A DNA stretch of 64,000 nt from Amoebophrya sp. A120 (lineage: Eukaryota; Protista; Dinoflagellata). The notes beneath the pieces were generated by a model, which was not told the origin of the DNA, searched no databases, and saw only the letters and a list, made by a program, of their open reading frames with translations. This document shows positions 45,970 to 59,678 of the stretch, one piece after another (positions within the stretch are counted from its first letter, which is position 1; every line of letters starts with the position of its first letter). The position numbers were made by a program, and so were the translations under genes. The stretch is taken from assembly GCA_905178155.1 (NCBI GenBank), contig CAJINV010000001.1:3029675-3093674 (forward strand). Reading direction: 5' to 3'.

Positions 45970-47350
45970 GCTACATTATCGCGCTAGTGCCCGCTGACCA
46001 TGAGTCTTGTGAAGGCAACCGGCAAGACACCACCAGCGTCAGCAGCTGAAAGACAACGAATGAAGGATGCCGGCAGAAGAGGGCCGCGGAAGCACAGTCA
46101 TAGGCAAGAGTGCCCCAGCAACACGCCGCGCCAGCGACGAGACGCAATGCACGTAGCTGGCGCTGCGCGACGGGCCCGCCCCGTTCGATGCGGCCGGTGC
46201 GTGAGGGCGCGGGCGGAAAGGCCGACGAGGGGGCGGGCGCGCGCCCGCGAGCGACATGCAGCCGGCCGGCCCATTGCAACTAATGCCAACTCCCTCGCGC
46301 CCGCGGAGGGGTCACGGAAGATTAACACACGACGATCGAACACGCCGGAGCGGCCGACCGACCGGGCACGCGCCTACCCTAGCCGCGCTGCCTGGCCCTG
46401 CGAGGCCGCGGGGGCTCGCTGCGCCCCGCGGCGGCCCCCAAGGGAAATAATAGAGCGCGGCGCCCGCCGGCCTGCGGGGCCGGCCCCCTTTGGTGGCTTT
46501 CAGACTAAACGAGCACGCCCGGCCCGGCCCGCCCCCACTCGCCCGAAAGTGCCGTCGCCTAAGTGATCCGCGCGCCTGTCCGACCATTCCTTCGGCGTCG
46601 TCGATTTTCCCAGGCCGGATTCCTCCGCGCGCCCCGGTCGCTCGAGTGGATCGGGCCCGGCAGGCGCACCCCCGGGTCGCACAGGGGCAGAAGGCAGGCC
46701 GCCCGCTGGGCCGGGCAGGCGGGGGGGGCGGAGGAAATCGGGCGGCGGGCGGCCAAAAGCTGCCCCAATCGCGGCACGGACAGGGGGGCGCCCGCTGGCC
46801 CCCCCCCCGCGGCTCGGCGCCGCCGATGCGCGCCTCCTCGTCCGCGATCCGCCGCGAGTATAAAAGCTGCGCGGGGTAAAGTTTCGCGGGGTAATGTTCC
46901 GCGGGGTCATGCCCAAGCTGGGCGGCGTCGCCAAGCAATCGGCGCCACACCGGCCCCCGCCTTGCTTTTCACCATCCCCGGGGGATGCGCCGGAACTCCG
47001 CAGCGCTGGGGCCACGGCATGCTTGGCAGGGCGCGGCGCCTTTGAAGCTGTTGCCGTTTGCGGCTGAAGTTCGAGGCGGAGAGGTGATGCGCCTTGGCAA
47101 TGTTCCGCATCGCCTCCGGAACATCCCCGATCGCCTGGATCCCCTTAAACCGTTCTGAAGCCGCTGGCCCGAGCGAGTCGAGCCGCTCCTTGCCTTCAAG
47201 GATTATTTGCTCATTAACTTCAGAACATCTTCGGCCAGAGCCTTCCTCCATCCGTATGGCAGCTCCCGCGATTTTGTTGCTCCCGTCCTTAGCAAGCCCG
47301 GGCAAAAGGCGCCCGAGCCATTTGCCATCGCATCAGGCTGAGGCCTGAAC
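45970..47350. mobile_element. GC-rich degenerate TE relic (possibly MULE-like)
   Basis: Composition shift; three 15-bp-period repeats CGCGGGGT(A/C)A.G.. at ~46870-46913; minus-strand fragment SASNFSRKRQQLQRRRALPSMP; boundaries approximate. Confidence 0.35.
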
Positions 47351-47729
47351 TCTCGAAATGGAAGATCAGTTAGGTTGCGCCGGTACTTCCGCACGGCAGA
47401 AAAACTAGAAGAGCATGACGGAGAATGAACACAATCCATGACCATCACCATGTCCCTGCGAACAACAATTTCGAAGGCCTTTTTGTACACATCAGAGTAG
47501 TAGATCGCATGTAGCTAAAGTCAAGGTCGTCAGAGAGATTGGGATTCCCAACTACATTCCGTTCCAACTATATCTATAGTAAGTCTTCATCGGTTTGAGT
47601 AGTTGCTAATATTGTGCAGGAGGGAGATCCACGGGCAATTATCATCAGGTAAGATTGCCGTGCGGGCGGCACCAGCTCTTTGTTTGATACGGAAAATCGC
47701 GCATCAGCATCATTCATATATGATCATCG

Positions 47730-50700
47730 TCAGTAAAAGTGCATCCTCAAATCGCGCAGCGGTTTCGGGAAGTAACAGCCACTCGCGTTACAGTCCACCA
47801 CTCCATCGAGGAAATCTGTCAACAACATGCGCATTTCCGCGACGTCGAAAAACGGGAGCTGCTGTGCCAGGTTGTCGGCCGACATTCCCGGGCATTTGGA
47901 CAGCAAATTCCACACGCGCACTTGCAACACGTTCAGCAGATGCAGATTCAGCGACCCATCCACTTTCGTCCAGGCGCTTGGCGGGATGTACGTAAAGGGG
48001 AGGATCTCCAGGTTCAGGTTGGTCTCCTGGATGAATTTGTTTTTGCTGCACTTCTGGAGCACCTTGGTCGCAAGATCGCGGAGGAACTTTTCGTTGATCG
48101 CGGGGGCGCCATAGAGGCGGGCAAATCGACCCTTCACGTCCGGAACAAATTGCAACTTTGGTTTGTTTCGCTGAAGACCACTTTGCGGAGCGACCGTAGC
48201 TTGCTGTTGCTGCACGAGGACCTGGTCCTCCTGCAGGAGCTTACTCCCAGCTGCCCCGCCGCCAGACCCCAATCCTGACGGTATCGTTCGTTGCTGGCAG
48301 TACTTTTTTGCCAGGTGCGCCGGCACCGCGAAGAGGTAGCTGGAGTCGGCGACCAGCGTGCCGGGGAAAAAGCAGACGATGAGACGCAGCTTCTCCAAGT
48401 CCTCCAGCAGTTTGTCGTCGGAAAAGTCCATTTTTACCTGCGCCTCCCGGGCCTTCACCAACTGCACCAACCGCTTCGCGAGAACGGATTCGTTGGTCTC
48501 GCTCAGTTTCACTTCGTCGATCGCATCGTACTTTTCGTCTTCATCCGCAACAACAGAAGAAATGACCGAAGAACTAGACACAGCTGCTTGTCTCGTTTGT
48601 TGTTCCACTTTCCGACGCTTCCCGGCCGGTCCTTCTTCATCCACCTGTTGTTCTGATGCAGGCGAGGACTCTTCACTCGAAGCTGCCTGCAGTCTCTTCA
48701 TCGCCGCACCGGAACTACTAGCAAAGCGCGACCTTGCGACGCGCTGCACGAAGTCCAGTGGTGCGTTGTACGGATCCAATGCGTCGTGGATCTTACTCGT
48801 TGGCAAAACCCTCCGCATCCTCGCGACTGCGTCGAACACCGGGCGCCCGGTTTGCGCCTCTTCGTCCTTCAGTATCTGGTGGCAGAAAGACTCTTCGTGC
48901 TGCAGCCACAAGCTGTCGGACGCGTCCAGATCAAATTTTGTCGTGAAGTTTTTGTCGTGATAATCCAACTGTACCAGCTGTGGGAAGTCTTTGGTCGTTT
49001 GTAAATGCAGAGAAACGCCCTTCCCGATTTTCTTGATGCGGGACATCTTTTTTCCGCCAGGTAGTTTGTTTTCGTTACTTTGCAGCTGATGACCTGCTCC
49101 GCTTTTATTTTTATTTCCCGCAGCGAACTGCTCCTTCTCAAGATCCTCCTCGGCCGAAAAATCATCATCATCTGCCGAAGATTGGAAGTCCTCGTCTTCG
49201 TTTTCCTGTTCCGATTCATCTTCCGACGAGGCGGAATTTTCGTTATCACTGTCGGATGACCCTCCTGTCTCATTATCCTCGGCGTCTTTCTTTTTACCCT
49301 GTGGGTTACGTTCCCCTTCGACGTCAGAGCTGTCGCTATTACCGCTCTCTTCTTCATCCGAAGAGCCGTCTTCGCTGCTAGTACTGCTGCCATCATCCTG
49401 GTCGTCGCTGTCGTCCGCGCCATCTTCGCCGACATCCCTTGGGGCAATTGTTCCTGCGGCTATTGACCCGTCGCTTCCTTTCCTCGGCTTTTTGATATTC
49501 CCGGCAGCTGTAGTGGTACTTGGTACTTGCTCGTGGTTGTCTTCTCCTTCACTGCTGCTCTCTTCATCCTCATATAACCCCGTCTCGTCGTCCGAGCTGC
49601 TGTACGTTTCAAGCTCTTCGATCAACTCTTTCACCTTCTCCTTCTCCCAATAATCAACATCGAGCAACTCCGGTTGCGCATATGCCTGCTTAGAACTAAC
49701 TGCAGAAGCTGTTGGTGCAGCTGCTTTCGCCACCGCGGACGCTGAAGCAGCGTCTTTTTTTTTCATCTTCTTCGAAGCTGCTTTAGCTGCTTTGCCAGCT
49801 GCTTTTGGCAGCTGCGCGACCTTTATTTCCTCCTGCTGCTCTCCGGATGACTTACTAGCATTCCCACCTTCGCTTCCAGACGCCGAGGCGCTGCTGCTTC
49901 CAACGACCCCCGGGGACCCCCTTTTTGCCAACCTTTGGACGATCGCGCTTTGCTCGCTGAGCAGCACCTGCGCCACGCATTCCATGTACTCGCCGGAAAG
50001 TGACCCCTCAAAGTGGTCCACGGTTCCCGACGCTTCGAAATCGTCGCGCGCGAATCGGAAATGCGCGGAGAACCGAAGCAGGTCGGATCTTTTCCCGAAC
50101 AGCGTCAGGCGGCTCCGGTGCGACAGCATCCACTTAGGTCGATCGCCCAAATCTGGCGCGGCAGGTTGCACGAGGACAGAACTCGAGCGGGGAGCCTGTG
50201 GCACACCTGCGCCAGCACCCGTAGATGCCTGTTGCTGCATTTCCTTCGCCCGGGCTGCGGCGACGCCGCTCCGCTTGTTATTGCAAGGAAAAATCCCCCC
50301 TCCCCATATCAAAACGATATTTCTGATGCTGAATTTGGGTAAACAAATCAGCTCTGTATTGCAGAAAGGCACCGCAGCCAGATCCCCAGGCTAGGTAGAG
50401 GGGCGCATGGGTCTAGTTGCTCAGCATGGCAAACAGGTCACATTTAGGTCCAACAGCTTGACAAATCGCTTCCATAGTGGGGCAGAAGCTTCTGCCCTTG
50501 TCTTCTTGCAATACAAACGTGATTTGCGACCTCAAATCAGCAACACAAATTTTCGGAAACATACCTTTTCGATATGGGGAGGGGGGATTTTTCACTTTGA
50601 TACTTGTACTGCGTGACCCAGCCGCGCTTGGAGAAGGATTCCTGCACGGCTTCGATTATGGGGCTCTCAAACGTTACATTCTCAACTGTTACATGATTTG

Positions 50701-53700
50701 TCATCCAAAATGACCACGAGCCGCAAGACGATCAAGCCGCTTCGCATGACAAATTCTCGCAGGGCTAAATAGCACTAGAATCCGCACCAAATCTGTAATG
50801 CAAGACGCGCAGGGTTCTCCCTCTGACCTGTGCTATTCTTGCATTGCAATTTCATGTAACAGTTGAGAATGTAACGTTTGAGAACGCCATATCGATCATA
50901 TTCCGGTTGTACCCGAGCAGCGCGTCCCGCGCCGTCTTCGAGTTGTATTCGTGCAGAGGCATGCCCAGCAAAATCGATTTCAGGTGCCCAGCGCAGCTCG
51001 CGGCCTTCGCGTCGACCACCTGCACCGCACTGCAGTCGGAGCTCCACACCCCGAAGTAGTCGGCCAGCGTCAGCCGGTTTACCGCGTGCGTCGCGGAACA
51101 GTCGGCGACGACGTCCCGGACCTGCTTCGGGGGCAGATTGGTCATTTTCCCGAGCACGCACCACAAGACCGACTCGGTCGGCTGGAGCCGCGCGCCCTGC
51201 GACCCGATGTGCTTCGCGAGCGGGCCGCTCGCCAGGCTGCTCCCGTGCGCACCGACGCCTCCGGACACGACGGATCCGAACGTGCTCGTGGGCACGTTGC
51301 TGGCGCGGCCGGCCAGCGCGTACAGCCGCAGCCACTCCGCGATGGACTTCTGCTTTTTCAGTTTCTTCGTCTGCAGCTCCAACAAATCCTCGTGGCGCCG
51401 CATCAGGTTGTGGCCCGTTGTACCCGAAGATGATCCAGCAGACCGGTGTTTATTATTCCCCAGCAGCCGGCGCCGGCGGAACCGCACCGACCGGCCGTCC
51501 GGCAGCGTGAAGGGGACCTGCGGCTTCGGCTTCTGGTTTTGCTGCACCTGCTCCAAATACTCCGGCATTGTGTATTCCGCCTCGTCGGCGGGTAAGTCCA
51601 TGTTGTGCACCTTTTTGTAGTGGTCTATGATCCCGCGTTTCAAACTGAACATGTAGTTCGTCTTAACGTTGTTCTGCTGCACGACCGTGCCAGTGGCGGA
51701 GGGGACGGCAACCGCGAACGGAGCAGGAGGAAGCCCTGCAGTTGAGGAGGAACTAGAAGAGCCACCGACAACTGCAGAGGTATTGCTCCCAACTGGTTGC
51801 GCCAACAACTGTTGGTTCGCTGCACCAGCAACTCCTCCTGCTGCGCCGGTTCGCGCCAGGCCGTCGCAGATCGGGCAGCGGTAGCGGACTTCGCGAATGA
51901 ACCGAATGTCGAATTTGCGACTGGCATCCACCAAAGTCGCGTTCCGCTTCTCGATGTAGGACAGCACCCGCTCGGAATCCAGGCCGGTGGCGCTGACCAT
52001 CTGCAAGACCGAAGGGCTGCCGTGGGAGAGCAGGGGCAGTTCGGAGCTGTTCTGGTTCTCCCGCAACAGCTGCTCCACTCGGTCCTCCAGAATCTGCCGC
52101 TGGACGTGCGTGATGCGGAGCTCGTTGCTGTTCCACTGGTTCGGCTGGAACGCCCACGGAAGGCCGGGCAGTGCGTAATCTGTGAACGAGTGAAGAAAGT
52201 GAACAGTAGAGAAGCTCATGTCGAAGTTGTACATAGGATTGAAGAAGAACGAAACTGAAACACATATGCTTGTATTAACTAGGAATTGATGACAACCGAA
52301 AACTACGACTACCTCAAACTCTAAGTACCTCCTAGAATCAAGACACTATTCTACCGATCGCCTTCGCGCTGGCGTGTTTGTTGCGCTGCCGCCTGGTTGC
52401 TGCACTGGCGAAGGCTGTTCCAGCACCTTGCGCCACCTGATTCTCCTCCTCGTCGCCGGCATCGCCACCTTCGTCATCGAGAAACTCCTGGTCTTCCTCC
52501 ACCATGCGATTGAACGAGCTTTTTCTGCTCGACACGCGACCGTCTCCAAAGGGGTTCATACCACCGGCGACGTCTCCTTTTTCTCGCCTGGTCGCGAGCC
52601 CTGGGACCATGCCGATGCTGGCGTTTCGGTGGGCTTCCACCCACTGCAGACACTGGGACCGCAGCTGCCGCCAGTAGCTAGCGTGCCCGGCGGGTTGCGT
52701 GAAGTCGTAAGAAGAGGTCGGAATGGTTTTGTCCTCCGCTAGCTGCTTTTTCAGTTTTGCGTGGTCCAAAAGTGCTGGAACTACACTTCCTGTCGTTTCC
52801 ACCACAGCAAGAACTTCTCCCTCTAGAACTTGCTCGCCCTCTTCCTCCTCCGCCATATTAGAGTCTTTGGACAGTTTTCGCTTGTTGCCCTTCGCTCGTG
52901 CCACCGCCATCTTCATTTTCATGGGCTTGGTCGTTGCAGCAGCAGCAGGGGCGCCACTGCTGCTGGAGGCCGCTAGTTGCTGTATCCCCGCTGTTGATGT
53001 ACTACCAGCCACTTTCGTATGATTCTCCGCAACAGAAGTAGCACGACCAAACTCCTCACCGTCCGCCAGGTACTGATCTAAAATACTGCAAAACAGCCGC
53101 ACGGTCCCGGTATCGTGGATCCGGTAGCGGACCCGCATACTCTGCACGTTGCCCCGTGCGGCATCCTCCGCGTTGTCGTACGCGACCAAGCCCAGCTTGA
53201 TCAAGTGTTGCATCTGCTGTCGGAACTGCTGCACGTCCCGCTTCAGGTTCCGGGCCTGCATCGCCACGCAGGACTTCACGGGCATCTCCTTCATCCGGAC
53301 GGTGAAACGGGGCTCGGTGAAGGACGAGGAATGGTTCTTTTTGCTTGGCTTCATCTTGGTCGACGTCGTCTGCAGCTGCTCTACTTGTTGACCGTCTTGC
53401 TCGTTACTTTCACTTTTTCCGTTCGCTATAGCACGTGCCAGTTGCGCGTCAACTCCACCGTCGTCCGATAGCACCGACGACCCGGAGCCTGCGGGTGAGC
53501 TCGAGTCCGTCGCCAATGGATCCGGCTTGAATTTCCTCTTATCCAACTGCGCTGTCGCCTCTGCGGTGAGTTCCTGTGCCTTAACCGCAACTATCGCCGA
53601 GGCCTCTGTAGCTCCCCTGTCGACCGGTGCCAGCGCTGCGGCAACTTGCGCGCTGGCGCTGGAGAAGCTGAAGTCAATGTTGTTCATGGCCGCCGTCCCG

Positions 53701-56700
53701 GTGCGGTTCGTGATCTTTGACGTGGACACCTTCGCGGCCTTTTGCTCGTCGGTCAACCGCCCCAGGATGTAGTTCTGGATGAAATCGCACTTGACGCCGA
53801 CGCCCAGCAACTGCAGGTAGCTCGTGAGTTCCATCTCGTCGACCAGCTGCTTCGTCTCGAACACCCATTGCTTCTTCTCCCCGCACAGGTCGAGCAAGTA
53901 CCGGTGCAGCAGGTAGAGCCGGACCATCTGGGGCCGCACGTACCCGTAAAACGCCGCGACCTGCGGGTCGAAGGTGTGCCACCGGCTCGCGGTAGACCCC
54001 TTCTTTAAATTCGCGGAGACGAGCGCGTTGTACGTCTCGGTGGACAGCTCCACGTCGTCGGCAGAGACCTGTTGCACGACGTTTCGGACGTTTTTGTCCA
54101 CGAGCAGGGGATTCGGCTGATCACGCGACTGCGTCAGAAACGCCGGCACTTTGCTGCTAGAAGCAGCAGTGGCGGTAGTTGTTCCAGCTACTTGAGGTGC
54201 AACTGCTTCGTCTGTGGAAAAGGAAACTTTGCGAAATGTTGCTGAAGAACCTAGTACCGCAGAGGAGCTGTCGTGCTCAGTAGAGAGGATTCGACGCCGC
54301 TTCGCAGTGGACGCTGCAGATCCTTGCTGTTGTACTGCAGATTCTTGCTGTTGATCATCCGCGCCCCTTGTGCCTGGCGCCGTGCCGCCGCGGCCTACCT
54401 CATCTTGGACGTTGTTGCTTTCAACAAGCACATCAACTCTGCTTGCGTCACCACCTCTACTGCGTTTGTTTGCCGTCGTCGGCACTACGGCGACGGGTGC
54501 AAACGACGCGCCGTACTTCTCTTCGTAGAGCTGACCGACGAGGTCCGTGGCCTCCTCCAAGGAGCAACGGCCCGCGTGCCACACGAAGTTGATCTCGAAG
54601 CGGCGTTTTGTGCGGCCGATCCGGAGGTCCGGGCGGAGTTCCAGCGCCAGGTCCAGAATGAACCGCATCGTGCGCGCGTCGCTCGGCTCGGGGTGGCATT
54701 GCCGCCGGAGCACATTAAATGTCTCGACCTGCACGTCCGGGCGCTCGTCGAAATAAGCCACAACTTGCTTCGCTCTCGTTTCCGACGTCAGGTTGCGCCG
54801 CCGCTTGCTGTCCTGCGCAGTTGTAGTCCCGTCTTTATTGGCATTTTGCGATACTACTGGTGCAGAAGATGCCTGCTGCTGCTGTTGCGAAGTCGACTTC
54901 ATGTTGTTCTGCTGCTGAACAAACGCTGGTGTGGTCGATCCATTATAAAACGCTGGTGTGGTCGACCCGTAGTAGTTGTCGTCGTCTGCGCCACCAGATT
55001 CTTCAAAGCCCGGCGTTCTACTTTGGGACATCAAATCCTTGTCTTTTACACCCTTTTTGTTCTGCCGCCCTTTGGGAGGTGCTACAACCGCAATCGGCGG
55101 CGGAGTTCGTCCATCGTCGTCCATGTTCAGGCCGTCCGCGTCGGGGTACTCATCTTGCACATATGCTGGTGTTGTACTTCCAACATCGAAATTGTAAGCT
55201 TCAGCTTGATCGTTGTTCCCTTCTTCTGATGAAAGTAGTTCCTGCTCTACTTGATTCCCGGCGCCCGAGAGTTGTTGCAACTGAGAGGACTCGTCCCTTG
55301 TGTCCTTGGGTGCAAGGGACGCCGCGAAGTACCGGTTAGAGTGGATCTTTCCCGATGATTCTAACACCTTGCCAACCACGCCCATCTTCTCCAATTGCGT
55401 CATCAAGTTCTGCGCCTCGCGCTGCCGGAGACCAAGCACGGTTTCCAGCATGTGCATATTCGCGCCCTCCGCGCCCTTCTCCTGAACCAGCAGTATCGCT
55501 TGCTCGGGCACGGTGGGCTGGCCCATCAGGGTCGCATTCGTCAAGTCTGATCCCGGGTGGGCCACCGGGCGCCCGGGCCGGACGTCCAGCAGCGATTTCT
55601 GGGAGGAGATGAACCGCCGAATCTGCCGAAGGCGTTCAGGAGTCGCAGCACTTTGCTGGCTGTCGTACAGATTCTTCTTCGAAGTGGACTTTTGGATAGA
55701 CAGGGACTGAGCTCGGGCTTTCATCTCCGCCTCCGCCTGTTCCGCGGGGCTGAAGTCCATGTTGTGAAAGCTGTCGTCAATAGTCCCGCCGGGCGATATA
55801 GTTGTTGCGCCAGCAGGAGCTGCTGCACTCAGCAAGTAAGACGGCTCTTGTTGCTTCAAATAGGAGCCTTCTGCTCCCGCAGTTGCACCACCACTTCTAC
55901 TTGTCCTGTAATTCCCACCAGATGTTGACGACGCCGCGGCCGCGCTGCTGCCGGAAATCTGGCGCGCCGTTGGTGGCGCGGCAGCCAACTCGATACTGGC
56001 AGACCGTGGGTGCGAAGAGCCAATCACGAAGGGTTGTAGGTTGATATCGCTACTTGTCCCAACACCCGTTGCGTTTGAGGTTCCCGCCATACTTTCGCTG
56101 CCCTTGCGCCCGGTCTTCGTTCGCAAGAGTAGTGCTTGCTTGAACTCCCCGGGCTTACTTTCGTCTTTCAGGCGGACGCAGTCGATCTTTCTCTCTCGCA
56201 CGAGCTGTGCGCGCATGGTTTTGTACACGGTGGAGAACCCACGCCGCGGCAGGCCGAGTTGCGGGAGAAGCTGGCGCAAAATGACGAACAGGTCGTCTTC
56301 CAGGAGAATCCCCTTCTTCGTCCCCTGCAGCAAAGCGAGCACTTTTTTCTCGCAAAACTCTTCGACGTCCTGGAACTTGTGCTCCTGCATCCCCGCCGAA
56401 AACAGATCTTCCTCGTTCTCGCTTTCTTGCGGGACAACTACGCTTGTTGAGATCATGCCCAGGTCGTTCAGATGTACTTGCGAAGATTCCACGGCTCCCT
56501 GAAGATTCTCTGATGAAGCTCCACCTCCGCCTGGTGCAAGTGGTACTATGGTGCTTTTTTCTTTTCCCGTTTCGTCTCCAGCATCGATCCTTCTCGTCGC
56601 AGTTGAGGCGACTGGCAAAAACGCGGACGAGCTACCATGGGTAGTTCCTCGTCCTGGCGAAGACGCCGAGGATCCACTGGCAGCTGCCAGCACGGTGCCG

Positions 56701-58310
56701 GTTTGATTTGTCGTTCTCTCGTTGCTTTTCTCCCGTTCTTTCTCACTTTTCTTGTCCTTACTTCGGCTTTTTCTGCTCTGACCCGCGGCCTCGGTTTTAT
56801 TTGCCGTCGACGTGTCGAAGTGGTCGGCTAGTAGGTCTTTGAAATCTTTATCCTCGGTCTCGGCCACGACCGGCTCTAGATTCAGCTCCCGGTAGAAGAT
56901 GTTCAGCAGGAACAGGCTGCTTTGGTTGCTCTTCCACAGAGCCACGCCGGATTTTTGGGCGTGCTTCCGCGTGAGCGGGATCTGGAAAAACAGGCCCACG
57001 TCCACCAACTTTCGGCGAATGTGGTCGATGTCGTGCGCCCGCTGCTTCAGTGCCTGCCCGATGTCCGGCCCGGAAATGCCTTCGTGCCGAGACTTCGCCA
57101 CCACCTGGATCAGACGCTTCGCGACCCGCGCCGCGCCCGCCGAGGCCGAATCCAGGAAGCTGAGATGGAGGCCGCCGAGGAGCTCCTTCTCACGCAGCTC
57201 GGGCTCGAGGTCGAACATCAGCCGAAAGTGCCGGTCAAAAAAGGCACAGGGATTGTCCGGATCGTGGAATTCCGAGGAAAGAGGATGCCGTTGCTTCTGT
57301 ACTAGCAACTTCTCGGCCAGCATCGTGAAATATGCCAAGGTCCGGGAAGTACTAGACGAGCTACCGTCACCAGAATTCAAGTCTCCACCGCCCTGGAAGT
57401 GATCTACAACTCCTGCTGCTGCTGCTTTATTTGTGGTGCCAGCCGCTTTCGCTTTTTTCTTTGCTGCAGGCGAAGACGCTTTCGGCTGGCTCTTCGATCT
57501 ACTAGTACTGCTCTCCTTGTTGCTCGTGCTGGCCTTGGACTTGGCTTTGCTGCTGCTCTTATTCTTCGAGCTGGTTGTAATCACAGCTGCTGAAGCTGCG
57601 TTTTTTTTCATCCCTGTTGTTGCCTGTGCTGGAGGTTCCTTGCTTTTCGGCGAGGATGCTGCACGATGCTCCTGCTCTCGCTGAGATTTATTGCCGCCAG
57701 GCCTCACGTTCTCCACCAAGTCCCGAATAGCGTCCAGTTCTCTATCCTTCAAAGTTTCAAGGACCGGGGCATCAGAGTCAGCGCTTGCTTTCGCAGTCGA
57801 TCCAACGAGGCCGCCATCAGGCCCAACAACTACATCACTAGAGGTCTGCATTACGTCGTGTCCAGCAAATGCACCGGCACCAAACGAGGCTCGCAACTGT
57901 TTACTCTTGGTGCTCTTAAGATGAATCCCCGCAGTGCTGCTGCTGGACCCGCCGCCCTGCAGACTGCCCGAAGCAGCAGCCGCAGGTGGAGCTGCACCTC
58001 CAGCAGGTGTACCAAGATGCTGCGTATCAACACCTCCTGGCACAGCAGCACTACCTCCAGCACTATGATGCAACACGGGCAGGGGTTCGGAGACCGAGCG
58101 GCGCGACTTCTTGAATTTTTTCACGACCTTCTTCGAGTTGAGCAGTGCCTGAAAAGCGGTGAACTGAAAGTCCACATCCCAACTCTCCGGAATCCCCTTG
58201 CGGCCCCGCTCCGGCCGCTCCAGCAGCCTCTGGCGCAGGTCGCCGAGCGACAGCGCCTCGCCTTCGTACGCGAGCTCCTCGATGAGGACGCGCAACACCA
58301 TTTCCAGCAT
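47730..58310 (-). CDS. GTF3C1: TFIIIC B-block-binding subunit (Tfc3/GTF3C1-like), ~3278 aa, 4 exons
   Basis: B-block-like LIQVVAKSRHEGISGPDIGQALKQRAHDIDHIRRKLVDVGL; further winged-helix-like segments (LVQEKGAEGANMHMLETVLGL; VWNLLSKCPGMSADNL); GT-AG intron 52180-52354 plus 2 introners; spliced length 9837 nt. Confidence 0.7.
50279..50602. mobile_element. Introner/MITE family D (324 bp)
   Basis: TIR containing GAAAAATCCCCCCTCCCCATATC; TSD CTTGT at 50274-50278 and 50603-50607; removal gives TQYK|RSGV. Confidence 0.92.
50657..50891. mobile_element. Introner/MITE family F (235 bp)
   Basis: 40-bp TIR TATGG.G.TCTCAAACGTTACATTCTCAACTGTTACATGA; TSD TCGAT at 50652-50656 and 50892-50896; removal gives NMIE|AVQES. 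Confidence 0.92.
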
Positions 58311-59678
58311 CGGTGCCTCCACGACGGCGGCCCGCTCGGCTGTTTTGCGTCAACCGTGGGGAAAGTGGTGAAACTACATAAACAGGCAATAATTTTTCCG
58401 AATAGTCTGCGGCTTTGCTCTTCATCCTGCCATGGTGGTTTTGGAATGTATCTCGTGGGGGTTCATCGACATCAAGAAAAGAGAAAGGGAAACAAAGCGA
58501 CTGTAGTGTAAACGGAAGGCAAGCAAGGCGGGAGTTGTACTTGCAATACGAATACTTTCAAAAACTTCAAACTCACTGTACTTAACGTAAACAGGGCCTA
58601 ATTTTTTTATTGTCCTTTCTAAAACTAAACGTAGGTATACTGCTGCGAAGTATCAAATGAAGTGGGCACACTGCGACCGTGTTGATGCTATTGGCGATAT
58701 TTGGTGCCAATACGCGGCAAGCCAGATGATTAGAGAAATAGAACCATTCACACTCATAATTACGCTCAAGAATCTGCATCGATTCTGATTTCCAGTAACA
58801 AGAAACATGATCGGCAAAACTTTTTTGCGTACAACAACAGCTGCAGCTTATTCCTTCAGGTTGCGTCGCCTTTTTGTTGAGGATCGAACTGCTCTTGCAG
58901 CACACAGCACGACATCCATGCCGTGCCGGGAGTGTAAGTAGTAGTCGTGGAGCATCACGCCTTCACAAAGATCTACAAATTGAGTGCCGCAATCATCTAA
59001 ACATTTCTGCAGCGACGGTATTTTTTGCAATGGAAGCCGAACAACAGGACACGGACACCCGCTTGCAGCTACAGAACGTTGCTTGCGCGTTGGGTTTTCG
59101 TGCTTACCGCACTACGTCCCAACCTATGCAGCCCTTTCTGCAGTAGTTGTGACTTAGGTCGCGTTCTGTTGATTGTTGGTAGATGTGCGTCGATATGTTG
59201 TAACTGCACGGGGGGTGGAGCATCAGCTTCGTTTTCAGTTTCTACATATGACAACATACTCGCGGGGGCCCAAGGGTCATTCTCGATGTCACAACGCAAC
59301 GCGCGCGAGACAAGAGCTGTTGCACCGTACTAAAAAGTACCTCCCATCTTTGTCTTGTAGTACAACTACGAGAAAATTCTCTTGGAGCAAGCAGTTGAAA
59401 TCGATGAACCTACTCTACTCGACATTAAGAAACCTCCTTGTCCATGCTGCGCAACACGACCAAAAGCGCGTGCAGCTCCTCCCACAATAAATCCTCTTTG
59501 CATCGCCGGATGAAACAACCCTTGTTCCGAAAGGTTGACTAATCCCTTCCGCAAAAATGATAGCCACTTACCGACAAATTTGACCGTCCTACACCAGCAG
59601 AGTTGCATCCACAGCTTTCAAAGAAGTTCTTGATCTTGTATCGATGACAGCAGGCTCACCCTCCTCGGAGAACTATAC

